NCBI GenBank assembly: GCA_963711155.1 | Contig: CAVQDB010000005.1 | Coordinates: 2,346,382 to 2,410,381, forward strand | Length of the DNA: 64,000 nucleotides | Direction: 5' to 3' | Origin: an uncultured Armatimonadetes bacterium | GTDB taxonomy: Bacteria > Armatimonadota > UBA5829 | Part shown: positions 9,496 to 20,699 of the stretch, in pieces | Layout: each line of letters starts with the position of its first letter | Numbering within the stretch: the first letter of the stretch is position 1 | Made by a program: the position numbers and the translations under genes | Notes under the pieces: generated by a model | Told to the model about the DNA's origin: nothing | Seen by the model: only the letters and a program-made list of their open reading frames with translations | Databases searched by the model: none

Positions 9496-12400
9496 CTACC
9501 TGATCCTGTCCCAGATCAATAGCGCTGTGCCCTTTTGGGGGATGTCAACCGGGTACTGCACGCCCTTTTTGACCACGGGCACTTCCTTGTAGTCGCTGCC
9601 GCTGCCGACGAGAATGCGCGGCGGGCGGGTGTAGATGTCCAGGTGGGCCTCGTGCGGGCGGATCAGAACGGTCACCTTCTCCTGGTGGTTCATGACCATC
9701 AGGACGTATCTCTCGTCGTTTTGATAGCCGGCCCAGTTGATGTCATAGTGGTCTATGCCGGTAACGTCGCAGCGCTCCTCGGGCATCTTGACTCGGCCGG
9801 GAATGCCGAGGACGGTGCCGCGCATCGTCATGGGGTCGATCTTGATGTATTGCGGCGCGCGCATATTGCCCTCGCGGATGAGCCAGTCGAGGGCGAGCCA
9901 GGCGTACTGGGCGGTCTGCCATTCGTTCCAGACGCCGCGCCCGCCCGCGCCGGCCTTGGTCATGGCGTTCACGTTGTCGATGGGCGGGCTGATGGTGCCG
10001 GTGAGGCATTCGTCCCAGCCGGCGATGGCGCACATGCCGTAGGCCTGGTCGGGGTCGGCGCAGAAGTGAATGGCCTTGACCGCGCCGGAGAGGTCGTTCC
10101 AGAACGTGTCGCCACTGATCTCATACATGCGCTGCATGGCCGCGCCGACCATGGGGCTTTGGGCCTGCGAAGGGCCGCCGCTGCCCTGCTCGATGGTCTC
10201 GCCGTAGCAGGTCTCGTACTGGCGGGTCGAGACGACGCGCGTCCAGAGGCTCACGGCGGAGTCGCGCGCAACCTTGAGGGCCAGATCGTTGTCGCCCATG
10301 TCGGCAAAGCATTGGCAGGCAATGGCGGCTTCGTAGGTCTCTGAGCTGCGCGTGACGTTGCCGCCGCCGCCCGATACATCCTCCCAGTAGCCCTGGTAGA
10401 GGTGGTTGTCGTAGGAGGTCTTGACGAAGTAGTCCTTGGACTTGAGCGAGGCGGTCTTGTAGTTCTCGTCGCCGGTGAACTGCCACATCTTCCAGAGGGC
10501 CCAGGTGCACCATATCTGGCCGGAGTCGGACTGGTCGCTGATGACCTTGCCTTCGAGATCGTAGGCGTAGGGCCAGGAACCGTTTTCGTTCTGGTGCGAG
10601 ACCAGGAAGTCGCAGCCTTTCTTTGCAGCGGCGAAGGCCTTGTCGTCTTTGCGGCCGCTGGCCTCCCAATACCAGAGAAGGGTCTTGATGGAGGTGCCGG
10701 TGGAGTGCGGGAGCAGCCAGCGGTTGCCGGCCTGGTCGGTGCCCTCGAGGAAGAACGCGCCCGGCGTGCCCTTGACGAGATACTGCGAGAACCACGCGCC
10801 CTCCATCGGCCCGGACTTCTCCTGGACCGAGATCAGCCAGTCTTTGACTGCCTCGGCCTTGGTCTTGGCGGTCTCGTCGTCGGTCGCGAGGTAGTAGGAA
10901 TAGAATGCGGGCAGCGTGTAGGTGGTGCCGTAGAAGTTGAAGTGGAAATCGACATTCGGGTACGAGCGCATCGTGTTGAAGATCGTGCTCCAGTTCTCCT
11001 GCCGCTCCATCTCGCGGACGCTGAGCATCTGCATCTCGGTAAGCGGCATCGCCCACTGCCGCGCCTGCTCGAACTTGAAGATGTCCTTGACCACGTGGCG
11101 ATAGGCGTCCCAGGCGTCGCCCTTGCGCATGGGCAGCGTGATCTTGAACTTCGTGGGGCCTTTCCAGATCGGCTGCCAGATTCCCTGGTGCAGCGGATCG
11201 GGGTCGGCGAGGTCGATGTCCATGCTCGCCTGCATACTGAAGTCCCCGGCGTAGCCCCAGGCCGTTGCGTCGGTGTCGGGGACCATTGAGACCGTGCCGG
11301 CGTCGGTTTGGACGGTGAGCATGCGCGTGGGAGCGTATTGAGCGTAGTTACCGTAACCGTTGTTGGGGCCGTGCTCCTTGGTGAAGAGATCCTGGTGGGG
11401 CCGGAACATGATCTTGGGGTCGTTGACGGCAAAGCGAATCAGGAATTTGGCTGCTGTGAGCGCGGTTGGGTGTGGGTCGTCGGGTATGACGCCGAAGTAG
11501 AACTCCGGGTCATCGCCGCTCTCGCTGACGCCGAGTCTGATCTTGATCACCGCCCCGCCGGTGGATGCTGAATCAAGTTCGGCATGACGCGTGCCCGGGT
11601 AGGTCGCCGCGAAGGCGGGTTCCGCCTCGGACCCCACCGATTTGAGCGGGACCGCGTCGCCCTTGTCCGAGAAGAGCATCAGCCAGCCGGAAATCGCACC
11701 GCCGCCGTTGAGCTGGGTGTCCATCTTGCCCTCAATGCCGTTGCTGTTCCACTGCGTGGTCAGAGTGCTGGTCTTCACCGTCCACGAGGTAACGGTCGGG
11801 CAGATGACTCCACGGCGGATGGCCGTCTTTGTGACGCCGGACGACCTGGCTTCGAGCATGCCTTCGTCGTAGCCCGGCTTTGCTGCGGCGTCGATGGAGA
11901 ATGAGGCGGATTTGCCGGGGGCGAGGTCGCCGAGCTTAGCGGTCTTGCCCAGCCAGGAGACGGATGCGCCCGGCGCTGATGTGGTTCCCTGGTTCGTGAC
12001 GCGTCCCTCGCATTTGACGGCGTCGCCGGCGTTCGCGACGATGGACGCGTTGGGCGTTAGCTGCTCGAACGCGAGCTTGGGCTTGGCCCTGATGGTGTAG
12101 GGTCGCTTGTCGATCAGGAACTTGCCGACGTGCAGCTCGATGAAGATCGGAGTGTCGCCCGGAAAGAGCGGCTTAGTGCTCACCGGCACGACTGCGCTCC
12201 CGCCTCTGGGAATATCGGGGACCTTGAACTCCTGCGGGCCGCCGAGGCTGCCGTCGGGTGAGATGATGCGCAGGGTGGCGCCGGAGATGGGCGCGTCCGG
12301 GCTGACAACGCGTACGGCGAGCTTGCACGGCTCGGACTGAACGGCGATGGGCGGGTCCTGGGTTACGTTGCCCACGGTCGCGCCGTAGTAGGTCTCTATC

Positions 12401-12957
12401 TCGTAGGTGTAGAGCTTGGGGACGTTCTCGATCATCGACTTGATGACGATCTTGTAGTAGCGGGCGGGCGCGGGCTTGTCTATGCCGATCACCTGCGGGA
12501 AATCCCGCTGGAGGGTGATGCTCTGCAGGGGCGTCCAGTTCTCGCCGTCCGCGCTGGAGAGAATGTCCACGTCTTTCCATGCTTTCCAGTCATTCACGCG
12601 GTCGAAGTAGTGGATGTAGCGCGTCACAGCGACGGGGCGCTTGTAGTCGATGGTCACGTAGGCGGGCTTGTCGGCGGTGGGGGCGTCGCAGTTCCAGTAG
12701 ACGCGAATGGTGGGCTGGGTTACGCTTGCCGGGAAAGTGTCGAATGCAGGCTCGGTGCCGAACACCCAGCCGCCGGGGCCTGTTCCCTTGGTCTCGACAG
12801 GGTATTCCGAGTAGTCCCATTTCTCGCACCGCACGGGCGGGACGTCACCGAGGCCGGGGACTGCCACGATGGGCATCGAGCTGACGGGCGGAAGCTGGTC
12901 GGCAGCTTGGGAAATGCCGGATAGGACTAATAGGACTAATAGGACCAATGACTTCAC
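9496..12957 (-). CDS. Secreted protein: N-terminal discoidin/F5-8C-like domain, Ig-like region, C-terminal (alpha/alpha)6 barrel; putative glycoside hydrolase
   Basis: Intact 1153-aa ORF with a GTG start and signal peptide. The discoidin-like stretch is IDYKRP...DVDILSSADGENWT...ARYYKIVI. Helical-barrel turns include HQNENGSWPY and EGAWFSQY. It is paralogous to 17804..20643. Confidence 0.7.
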   Translation of the reverse strand: MKSLVLLVLLVLSGISQAADQLPPVSSMPIVAVPGLGDVPPVRCEKWDYSEYPVETKGTGPGGWVFGTEPAFDTFPASVTQPTIRVYWNCDAPTADKPAYVTIDYKRPVAVTRYIHYFDRVNDWKAWKDVDILSSADGENWTPLQSITLQRDFPQVIGIDKPAPARYYKIVIKSMIENVPKLYTYEIETYYGATVGNVTQDPPIAVQSEPCKLAVRVVSPDAPISGATLRIISPDGSLGGPQEFKVPDIPRGGSAVVPVSTKPLFPGDTPIFIELHVGKFLIDKRPYTIRAKPKLAFEQLTPNASIVANAGDAVKCEGRVTNQGTTSAPGASVSWLGKTAKLGDLAPGKSASFSIDAAAKPGYDEGMLEARSSGVTKTAIRRGVICPTVTSWTVKTSTLTTQWNSNGIEGKMDTQLNGGGAISGWLMLFSDKGDAVPLKSVGSEAEPAFAATYPGTRHAELDSASTGGAVIKIRLGVSESGDDPEFYFGVIPDDPHPTALTAAKFLIRFAVNDPKIMFRPHQDLFTKEHGPNNGYGNYAQYAPTRMLTVQTDAGTVSMVPDTDATAWGYAGDFSMQASMDIDLADPDPLHQGIWQPIWKGPTKFKITLPMRKGDAWDAYRHVVKDIFKFEQARQWAMPLTEMQMLSVREMERQENWSTIFNTMRSYPNVDFHFNFYGTTYTLPAFYSYYLATDDETAKTKAEAVKDWLISVQEKSGPMEGAWFSQYLVKGTPGAFFLEGTDQAGNRWLLPHSTGTSIKTLLWYWEASGRKDDKAFAAAKKGCDFLVSHQNENGSWPYAYDLEGKVISDQSDSGQIWCTWALWKMWQFTGDENYKTASLKSKDYFVKTSYDNHLYQGYWEDVSGGGGNVTRSSETYEAAIACQCFADMGDNDLALKVARDSAVSLWTRVVSTRQYETCYGETIEQGSGGPSQAQSPMVGAAMQRMYEISGDTFWNDLSGAVKAIHFCADPDQAYGMCAIAGWDECLTGTISPPIDNVNAMTKAGAGGRGVWNEWQTAQYAWLALDWLIREGNMRAPQYIKIDPMTMRGTVLGIPGRVKMPEERCDVTGIDHYDINWAGYQNDERYVLMVMNHQEKVTVLIRPHEAHLDIYTRPPRILVGSGSDYKEVPVVKKGVQYPVDIPQKGTALLIWDRIR
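11562..11588. repeat. Solitary copy of the REP-like palindrome, in frame inside the 9496..12957 CDS
   Basis: TGGATGCTGAATCAAGTTCGGCATGAC matches the array core at 26 of 27 positions and reads RHAELDSAS in the protein. Confidence 0.85.
12922..12948 (-). repeat. 9-bp tandem repeat x3 forming the signal-peptide h-region (LVL LVL LVL)
   Basis: Plus strand reads TAGGACTAA TAGGACTAA TAGGACCAA. Confidence 0.75.
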
Positions 12958-12983
12958 GATGCTTCTTCCCCTCGGCGGTTGAT

Positions 12984-15280
12984 CTAGCGCTCGGCGACGA
13001 CCATGGAGTGCAATGCGAGCTTCGGCACGGTGACCTCTACGCCATCAGCAGTCCTGCTGATGGCAAGGTCCTGGTGTTCGGGTTCGAGATGGACGCGCTT
13101 GATCGCGGGATCGCTGAACGCGACTTTGATGTCGGCGAGAGGCACGATCTCCTCGCGAAGGGAGACGTTGCCCTCCGGCAGTGCGCGGTCGGTGGTCGTG
13201 TTGATCTCGTTGAGCAGGTGGACTATGGTGCGCTTGCCGCCGTCCTGCTCGTAGAAAGTGGACTGCACGCACATCGGCGCGGTCACCTTGACCGTCGGCT
13301 TCGCGGCGGCCGCCCAGCGAAGGGTGTTTGCGATCAGCCTGCGCTCGTATTGATAGGGAGTCGTGTAGTAGCTCTGCCCAACGTCGGCGGCGAAGTAGGC
13401 CACCCTGCCCTTGTGATCCGAAAGCAGCAGGAACGGGACGTTCTCGTTGTCTCGCGTGCGAGTTACGACGGCCTGGGCGCCCTCTTTGGGCTTCACTTGT
13501 GTGGTCATGCCTATGAAGTCCAGGTTGTCCAGAGCGATCTGGAAGTTGCTCTTGACCACGGGATCATCCGTGATCTGGTTGGGCGAGAACCGGACCACGC
13601 AGGAGTTGCCGAAATCGGGCCAGCGACCGGTGTGGTCATCGACGCCCTCGAAACCGGCGCCGAAGAGATCGCCGAGCGCGAAGTCCTTGCGCTTGTAGCC
13701 GAGATCGTCATACAGAGAGCTTTCCTGCATCGCCACGAGACCACCGCCTTTAGCCACGAACTTGCGTATTGACGCGACCGCCTTGTCGGACAAGCAGGCC
13801 GCGTTGGGCAGCACGAGCAGCTTGTACTGCGCGAGGAAGGCCTGGTCGGCGACGTCGGCGTCGGTGATGATGTCAAGCGGCAGGTGCTCCTCCTCGGCCG
13901 CGCGGAACACGCCAACGGCGGATTCCATGTGCGCGGGAAGCCGGCGTTCGCTCGGAATCACCTTCGACGCATCGGCTGTATCGACTCCACTCCCAATCAC
14001 TGCCCCGCCCTTGAGCTTGCCGTGCGGAAGCTCGATATGCCATATAGCAGCCGGCTGTTCTGCGAGACCAGCATTGCGGCCCACTTGACGCTCTTCGTGC
14101 CCTCGGTCCAGGGCTGGCGGTCCTTGATCTCCTGCATATAATGGGCAGGCGTGCTGGTCTGATTGATTACATAAGTAATGACGAACGGCACACAGCCATT
14201 TGTGAATACGGTGAAGAGCCTGAAATCGTTTTCTATCTCCGGCGGAATGGCCCACTGCTGGCCCTGCGAGCGGAAGTAGGTGCACATTATCGCCGGGTTC
14301 TCCCTGGTCAGCCCGCGGTAGTAGCGGCAGGTGAAGCTGGGAAGCAGGTTGCTGGCCAGGTTGGGCGGGAAGTCCCAGAGCAGCTCGACGATGGGCGCGT
14401 CGATGATGCGGTTGATCGCGTCGCTGTGCTCGACGAGCGGGGCGTAGGTCCAGTGCCACCAGCGGCCGGGGCCGGTGCTCCACGGGGTGAATGCATAGTC
14501 GGGCTTGATCGCCTTGAGCGCCTTCATCCACTTGGCGACGAACTTGTCGTATTCGGCGAGCCGCCACTTGATGTAGCGGCGGTACTCGGGGTCGGAGACG
14601 TCCGGCGGGGCGGGATACTCCTTGAGGACGGGGATATGATGACCGGTGGCCTTGAAGTAGCCCTCACGGCAGCACTTGCAGTAGCAGGCGGTGAACGTGC
14701 CTCCGAAACCGTCGAGGATCTGGCCGTCCCAGCCGCATGTTTTGGCAAGATAGACGTTCTTCTTGATGTACCAGTCGCCGAACGGAGAGTACCAACAGCC
14801 CTCGGGCGCGGGCCACTTGTTGCCGGGCTCGTATACGGTGGGGTCTTTGAAGGGCTTGGCGTCGGGCGTGTGAAGCCACTGCCAGTCGGGGTGCTGCGCG
14901 AGAATCTCCGTTTCCCAGAACGGCGGAATGTGGCCGACGGTCTTGACGCCGGCGTCCTGAAGGCGCTTGACGCCGGCACGCACGGGACCCATGTCCACGT
15001 AGACCTTCTTGCCGTTGCTGTAGTTGAAGATGCCGGTGCCGTCGTAGAACCAGAACGCGGTGGGGACGTTGAATATCGCCGTCACGCCGGCGTCAACCGC
15101 TTCCTTGAGCGATGCATCGGTTCCGGACTCGACGAAGGCCGGTCGGAAGTCCTTGAGCATCCACTCGGGGACGGGATACGGCTTGACCGACTGGTCCGCG
15201 CCCAGACACGCGGTACCCAGCGCGGCGGTCACCGCCAGCGCGCATACCGGGATCATCAGGTCCAAACGAAAGCTCAGCAT
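12984..15280 (-). CDS. GHL6-like TIM barrel + trimerisation-domain glycoside hydrolase, paralog 3; one apparent frameshift near 14028
   Basis: ORFs 13997..15280 and the C-terminal part of 12984..14567 join. Motifs: QHPDWQW, GCWYSPFG, LDGFG, CYCKCC, WSTGPGRWWHW, HMESAVG, LVLPNAACLS. Signal peptide present. Confidence 0.8.
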
Positions 15281-15296
15281 TCTCAGACTCCTCTAT

Positions 15297-17563
15297 CTAT
15301 CTCTCGGCGACGACCATCGAATGAAGGTCAAGTTGGGGGACGGTGACCTCGACTCCGTCCGCGGTCTTCGTGATGGGCAGGTCGCGGCCCTCCGGCTCGA
15401 GGTGGACGCGGGCTATAGATGTGTCGCGGAAGACCACCTTGATTCCCGCGATGGGCACGATCTCCTCACGCATGGGCGGATTGCCGTCGGGCAGCGCGCG
15501 TCCGGCGGTGGAGTTGGTCTCGTTGAGCAGGTGGACGATGGTGCGCTTGCCGTCCTCCTGCTGGTAGAACGTCGATTGCACGAGCATGGGCGCGGTGACC
15601 TGCACCGTGGGCTTGTCAGACGCCGCCCATCGCATGGAACTCGCCAGCAGCGCGCGCTCGTACTGATAAGGATTGGTGAAGTAGCTCTGTCCGACATCGG
15701 CGGCTATGTACACGACCTTGCCCCTGCCGTGCGTGGAGATCACTACGAACGGCGCGGCCTCGCCGGGCAGCAGCCTGTTGGCGACGACCTCGGCGCCGGT
15801 CGCCGCCTTCACGTGCGTGGCGATGCCGATGTAGTCGATGTTGTCGAGGCCGATCTGGTGGTTGTCCCAGAGCACGGGATCGTCGGTAACAGGGTGCTTG
15901 TAGAACTTGATGTTGACCGGATGGTCGAAGTTCGGCCAGCGGGCGGCATGGCTCTCGATTCCGAGATAGCCGGCGCCGAACAGGTCGGCGAGGGCGAAAT
16001 CGTTGCGCTTGTCGCCGAAGTCGTTGTAGAGAGAGGTCTCGTGCATTGCAACGAGGCCGCCGCCGTTCTCGACGAATCTGCGGATGTTTACGGCAGCCTT
16101 GTCGGACAGGCAGGCGGCGTTGGGAAGTATGAGAACCTTGGTACTGCGCGAGGAACGCCTCGTCCTCGAGGTCGGCGTCTATGATGATGTCCAGCGGAAG
16201 ATGCTCCTCAAGCGCGGCCCGGAACGTGCCTACGGCAGACTCCATGTGCGCGGGCATGCGGCGCTGGCTTGCAGGCAGTTTGGAGTTGTCGGGAGTATCG
16301 ACCCCGCTGCCGATGGCCCCGCCCTTGAGCTCGCCATGCGTGCCGGAGATGCCGTAGAACAGCCGGCTGTTCTGCGAGACCAGCATGGCCGCCCACTTGA
16401 CGGACTTGGCGCCGTCCGTCCAGCGCTGGCGGACCTTGACCTGCTCGGCATAGTGGCCGGGGTTCGTGGCGCTGTCCTGAACGTACGGGATCAGAAATGG
16501 GAGGCAGCCGTTGGCGATCACGGTGAAGATACGGAAGTCGTTCTCCACGCGTGGAGGGGCGGCGTTCTGCTGGCCCTGCGAGCGGAAGTAGATGCACATG
16601 ATCGCTGGGTTCTCGCGCGTGACGCCGCGGTAGAGGCGGTTGGTGAAACTGGGAAGCAGGTTGCTTGCCTGGTCCGGTGGAAAGTCCCAGAACAGCTCGA
16701 CCATCGGCGCATCGACGATGCGGTTTGCCGTCTCGCTGTGCTCGACGAGCGGGGCGTAGGTCCAGTGCCACCAGCGGCCGGGGCTGGTGCTCCAGGGAGT
16801 GAAGGCGTAGTCCGACTTGATCTTCTTCAGAGCCGCCATCCATTTGGCGACGAACTTGTCGGTACTCAGCCATCCGCCACTTGATGTAGCGGCGGTATTC
16901 GGGATCGGAGACATCGGGAGGGGCGGGATAGGCCTTGAGCTTGGGGATGTCATGGCCGGTGGCTTTCTTGTATCCCTCGCGGCAGTATTTGCAGTAGCAG
17001 GCGGTGAATGTTCCACCGAAGCCGTCCAAGCCCTGGCCGTCCCAGCCGAGTTGCTGAGCCATCAGCACGTTCTTGTGGATATACCAGTCGCCGAAGGGGC
17101 CGTACCAGCAGCCGAACGGATAGGGATAGCTCTTGGCGACCTCGGCAACGGGCTTGGCGTCGGGGGTAATGAGCCACTGCCAATCGGGGTGTTGTGCAAG
17201 TATCTCTGACTCCCACATCGGCGCAACGCCACCCGTGGCTTTGAAGCCGGCGTCCTGAATGCGTCTGACGCCTCGCCGCGGAATGGTGGGGCCGGTGTAG
17301 ACCTTCTTGCCGTCCTTCCAGTCGTAGAACCCGACGCCGTCGTACCACCAGGGCAGCACCGGGCCGCCGAGAACCGTCATTCCCCAGTCGCGCGCGTTCT
17401 TGAGGTCCTTGTCGGTCCCGGACGGTTGGAACCCGGACAGGAAGTCGTGCCCAAGCCACTCGGGCACCGGGTAGGGCTTGACTGCGTCCGCGGCGGCTCC
17501 GGATGTCAGAATGCTCAGGACGCAGCAGACCGCAAATGCGAGGATAGGATAGGCTCTGGCCAT
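15297..17563 (-). CDS. GHL6-like TIM barrel + trimerisation-domain glycoside hydrolase, paralog 4; apparent frameshifts at 16861 and 16140
   Basis: Three ORF pieces are collinear with paralog 3. The start MARAYPIL at 17563 has a GGAG RBS. Motifs: QHPDWQW, GLDGFG, CYCKYC, HMESAVG. Confidence 0.8.
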
Positions 17564-17624
17564 CGTTACACGCTCCACGTTTCGCCCCGCGCGGCGTGCG
17601 CGGACAGACATAGCTCTACAGGAC

Positions 17625-17630
17625 ATTATA
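17625..17630 (-). promoter_or_regulatory. Possible -10 box (TATAAT) for the leftward operon starting at 17563
   Basis: Exact TATAAT about 60 nt upstream of the start codon; no good -35 at 17-nt spacing. Confidence 0.35.
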
Positions 17631-17682
17631 GACCATTACGTGCTCGCAGGGAAGTGCGATAGACCAAATTCGCCTGAATATA

Positions 17683-17694
17683 CGCACACATGCG
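17683..17694. promoter_or_regulatory. Candidate operator CGCA-N4-TGCG
   Basis: CGCA CACA TGCG in a divergent intergenic region; the motif recurs in other promoter regions. Confidence 0.5.
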
Positions 17695-17736
17695 AGCCAA
17701 CGCGCACCAGCAACCGGGCGAGTGCCCGAAATCGCG

Positions 17737-17765
17737 TTGACACACAACGGCGTCGGCGATACAAT
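17737..17765 (+). promoter_or_regulatory. sigma70-type promoter
   Basis: TTGACA-N17-TACAAT upstream of the ATG at 17804. Confidence 0.8.
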
Positions 17766-17803
17766 GAGCACATGCAAGCGCAGAGCTTGAAGGGAGCGAA
17801 TCG

Positions 17804-20643
17804 ATGGATAGGAATGTCCTCTTGAGGTTGATAGTCGTTTGTGTGGGGGTGGTGTGCATGACGATGTGCTGCTTGGGGACCGCGGGCGCGTCGAAACTGG
17901 ACTACGCCAAGCACAAGGTCACCGTCACCGATGAGAGCGGCAAGGGTTTTGAGATGTACGGGATGACCGGCACGGGCGCGCAGGACGTGGCCGACGGCCT
18001 CGGCGCGGACCCGATGCCGTGCGCCTGGGGCCTCTGGATGCGGAAGGAAGCGCCCACCGCCGACAAGCCCGCCGTGCTCGAGTTCGACTACGGCACTCCC
18101 GTCAAGGTCGCCGCGCTTGCGCACTACTTCTACGTGCCGGGGTGCCGGGATCATCGCTGGCAAGATTGGCTCTCGGGGCCGTCGGCGTTCGGCGAGGTCA
18201 GGATCTACGTCAGTGACGACAACGCCAAGTGGACCGAGGTCTCGCACCTGACGGGCCTGCCGGCGGGCTGCCCGCAGCTTCTCAAGGTCGAGAGACCGAC
18301 GTCGGCGCGGTATCTCAAGCTGGAAGTGCTGTCGTTGATAAAGGGAGCGGAGTGGATTCGGTCATACGAGATCGAGACTTACTTGGACAGCGCGCCGAAG
18401 TCGCTGCCGTCGCCGAAGGTCAAGCCGGTCCGGCACGGGTTTCCGTACAAGGCCGCTTTGATGCCTGTTGCGGCGAGTCAGGCGGGTGATCTCAAGCTCG
18501 CCGCGGATGCCAGGGCGCTTGATTTCAGCGTCTCCGGGCCGAAGCTCGATGTGCCGGCGCGTGGCAGGCTGAGCATCACGATAGACGATCAGCCGGTAGC
18601 CTGGAAGGCCAGCAAGGCCGGTGGGCTTATGTTCACGGGCTCGGCGGCGGGGCGCAACCTGAAGTTGAGCGCCTTGTTCGTGAAGGCCGGATTGCTGCTG
18701 AAGTTTTCGTCCGATGATCCGGTGACCTATCCGTTCCCCAAGCTCGATGTAGTCGCGAGCATGGACAAGCCGGTGAAGGAAGTGGTGTGTGCCGGAGTAC
18801 TTCTACAGCAACTCCACCGCGCCGAAGGAGGCCGTGAGCATTCCATCGGCGACCGTCCCGACTGCGATCTCGATGATCGGGGATGGGAAGACCGTGGTTA
18901 CGCTCGTGCCGGATACGGATCGGAGTTGGGTGGGACTGCAGGGCGACAGCGCGGTGGCTACGTTCCCGGTGGACCAGGAGAACGAACCAGGTCCTTGTGC
19001 TGGCGAGCGCGGGCGACTGGTTCTCCGGGTTCGAGCGGGCGGCTGCGGATGTATACAACTTCGACGAGCCGAGGCAGTTCTCGCCCGTCAGCCAGGCCAT
19101 ACCGGACATCTGCGGCTATCTACTGCAGCCTCAGCTCTGGAGCGATAAGTGGCAGATGCTGCGGTCGTTCCCCGACGTGGACTTCTTCTACATCTTCTAC
19201 AGCCTGCCTTACGCGATTCCGGCGCTGACCTACTGGGAGGAGCTTTCCGGCGACAGGACGGTGAGCGGCAAGATCGACAGCATACTCAAGTTCACCCTCG
19301 ACCGAAGGATCACGGACGGGCCGATGAAGGGTGCGATCTTCTCGGAGTACGCCGATAGAGAGGTCGTGGAGAAGAGCGCGATTCCTTATGGGTATGCGCC
19401 GTTCTACACTTGGTACGTCAACTATCCGGACGAGAAGATCATAGGGCTGGACCAGGGGTGCAATCGGTGGATCACCGCGCACAATATGGGGGCGGTGCTG
19501 TGGGCAGTCACACACGTGTGGCGCTCGCGCGGCAAGCTGCCGGATGACGTCGTATCGGCAGCGAGGGACGTCGCTGACTGGCTGGTCAGTCACCAGAAGG
19601 CCGACGGCAGTTGGTCTTATGCGTATAAGGAAGATGGAACGATCGCCTCGCCGATGTCGGACAGCGGGTCGATCTGGAACATCTGGAGCCTGTATCGGTT
19701 CGGCAAGCTGACGGGCGATGCCAAATACTCGGAGGCGGCGGCGAAGGGCGTCGAGTACTTCAAGAAGACGTTCACCGCCAATCACCTCTACCGCGGGTAC
19801 TGGGAGGACATCTACGGCGGCGGGAAGACCGAGCTCAACAACGCGCAGGGCTATGAGGCGTCGATTGCTGCGATAGCGTTCGCGGAGATGGGCGACCTGG
19901 ATGCCATGAGGATCTCCTCGCGGGATTCGCTGCGGTTCATCTGCACTCGTGTCCTGGAGAGCCGCGACTATTGGACGAGCTACGGGGGCGCGTCGGAGCA
20001 GCAGGGATGGGCGCCAGGCAGCTACATCGCGCCGACGTTCGGTTACGCGGCGCACCTTGCGTGGCGCAAGACCGGAGACGACTTCTGCCGCCGGTTCTCA
20101 GGGCTTGCGAAGACCATCGGATGGTGGCAGGACAAGTGCGGGGGCGCGTTCTGGCTGGCGGCGGCGGTGCGGCAGCAGCCCATCGATATGTATCGCACCG
20201 AGGGCGGCGGCCGGCAGTTCTGGGCGCTGTGGGATTCGGCGCAGAAGGTGGCGTTCTCGGTGCCGTGGCTGGTCGATGAGGTCAATCGACGGTCGGGTGA
20301 CACCATCAAGCTGGGCGTCGAGAGCCTGAAGGGCACTGACGACCGCGGCGTCGAAGTGGCGGCGAGGGTGTTCAAGGGCAAGGTGGAGTCTACGAGCGGG
20401 CAGGTGAACTGGCTCGGGATGGAATCAACGTCGCCGGGTCACGCCGGGGAGTACCAGCTCGTGCTCATCAACCACGCCGAGGCGACGGATGTGTCCGTGA
20501 CGCTGCCGTCGGGCTGCGCTCCCGATTCGGTCAGGGCGTTCGATGCGAAGGGGCGTCCGGCGAAGCTGGAACCGAAGAAGGCCACGCCAAGCGTGGTGAT
20601 TCATCTGCCCGAGCAGTATACCGCCGTGGTTGTGTGGCGGTAG
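17804..20643 (+). CDS. Secreted discoidin-like + (alpha/alpha)6-barrel protein, paralog of 9496..12957; apparent frameshifts near 18780-18795 and 18980
   Basis: ORFs 17804..19228, 18789..19148 and 18883..20643 join. Shared with the paralog: APTADKPA, MLRSFPDVDF vs TMRSYPNVDF, HQKADGSWSY vs HQNENGSWPY, HLYRGYWEDI vs HLYQGYWEDV, and VNWLG vs INWAG. Confidence 0.7.
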
Positions 20644-20699
20644 CGGATCACGAAGCGTCTTCGGTACATCGCCGCAGTCGCAGTCTGGAGACGCCTCCT

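Noticed and set aside
9496-12957. Terpene cyclase or prenyltransferase, suggested by QW-like QNENGSW turns (also in 17804..20643 and 51963..54113)
   Set aside because: These turns are generic to (alpha/alpha)6 barrels. No DXDD-type catalytic motif was noticed, and the proteins are secreted and lie among CAZymes.
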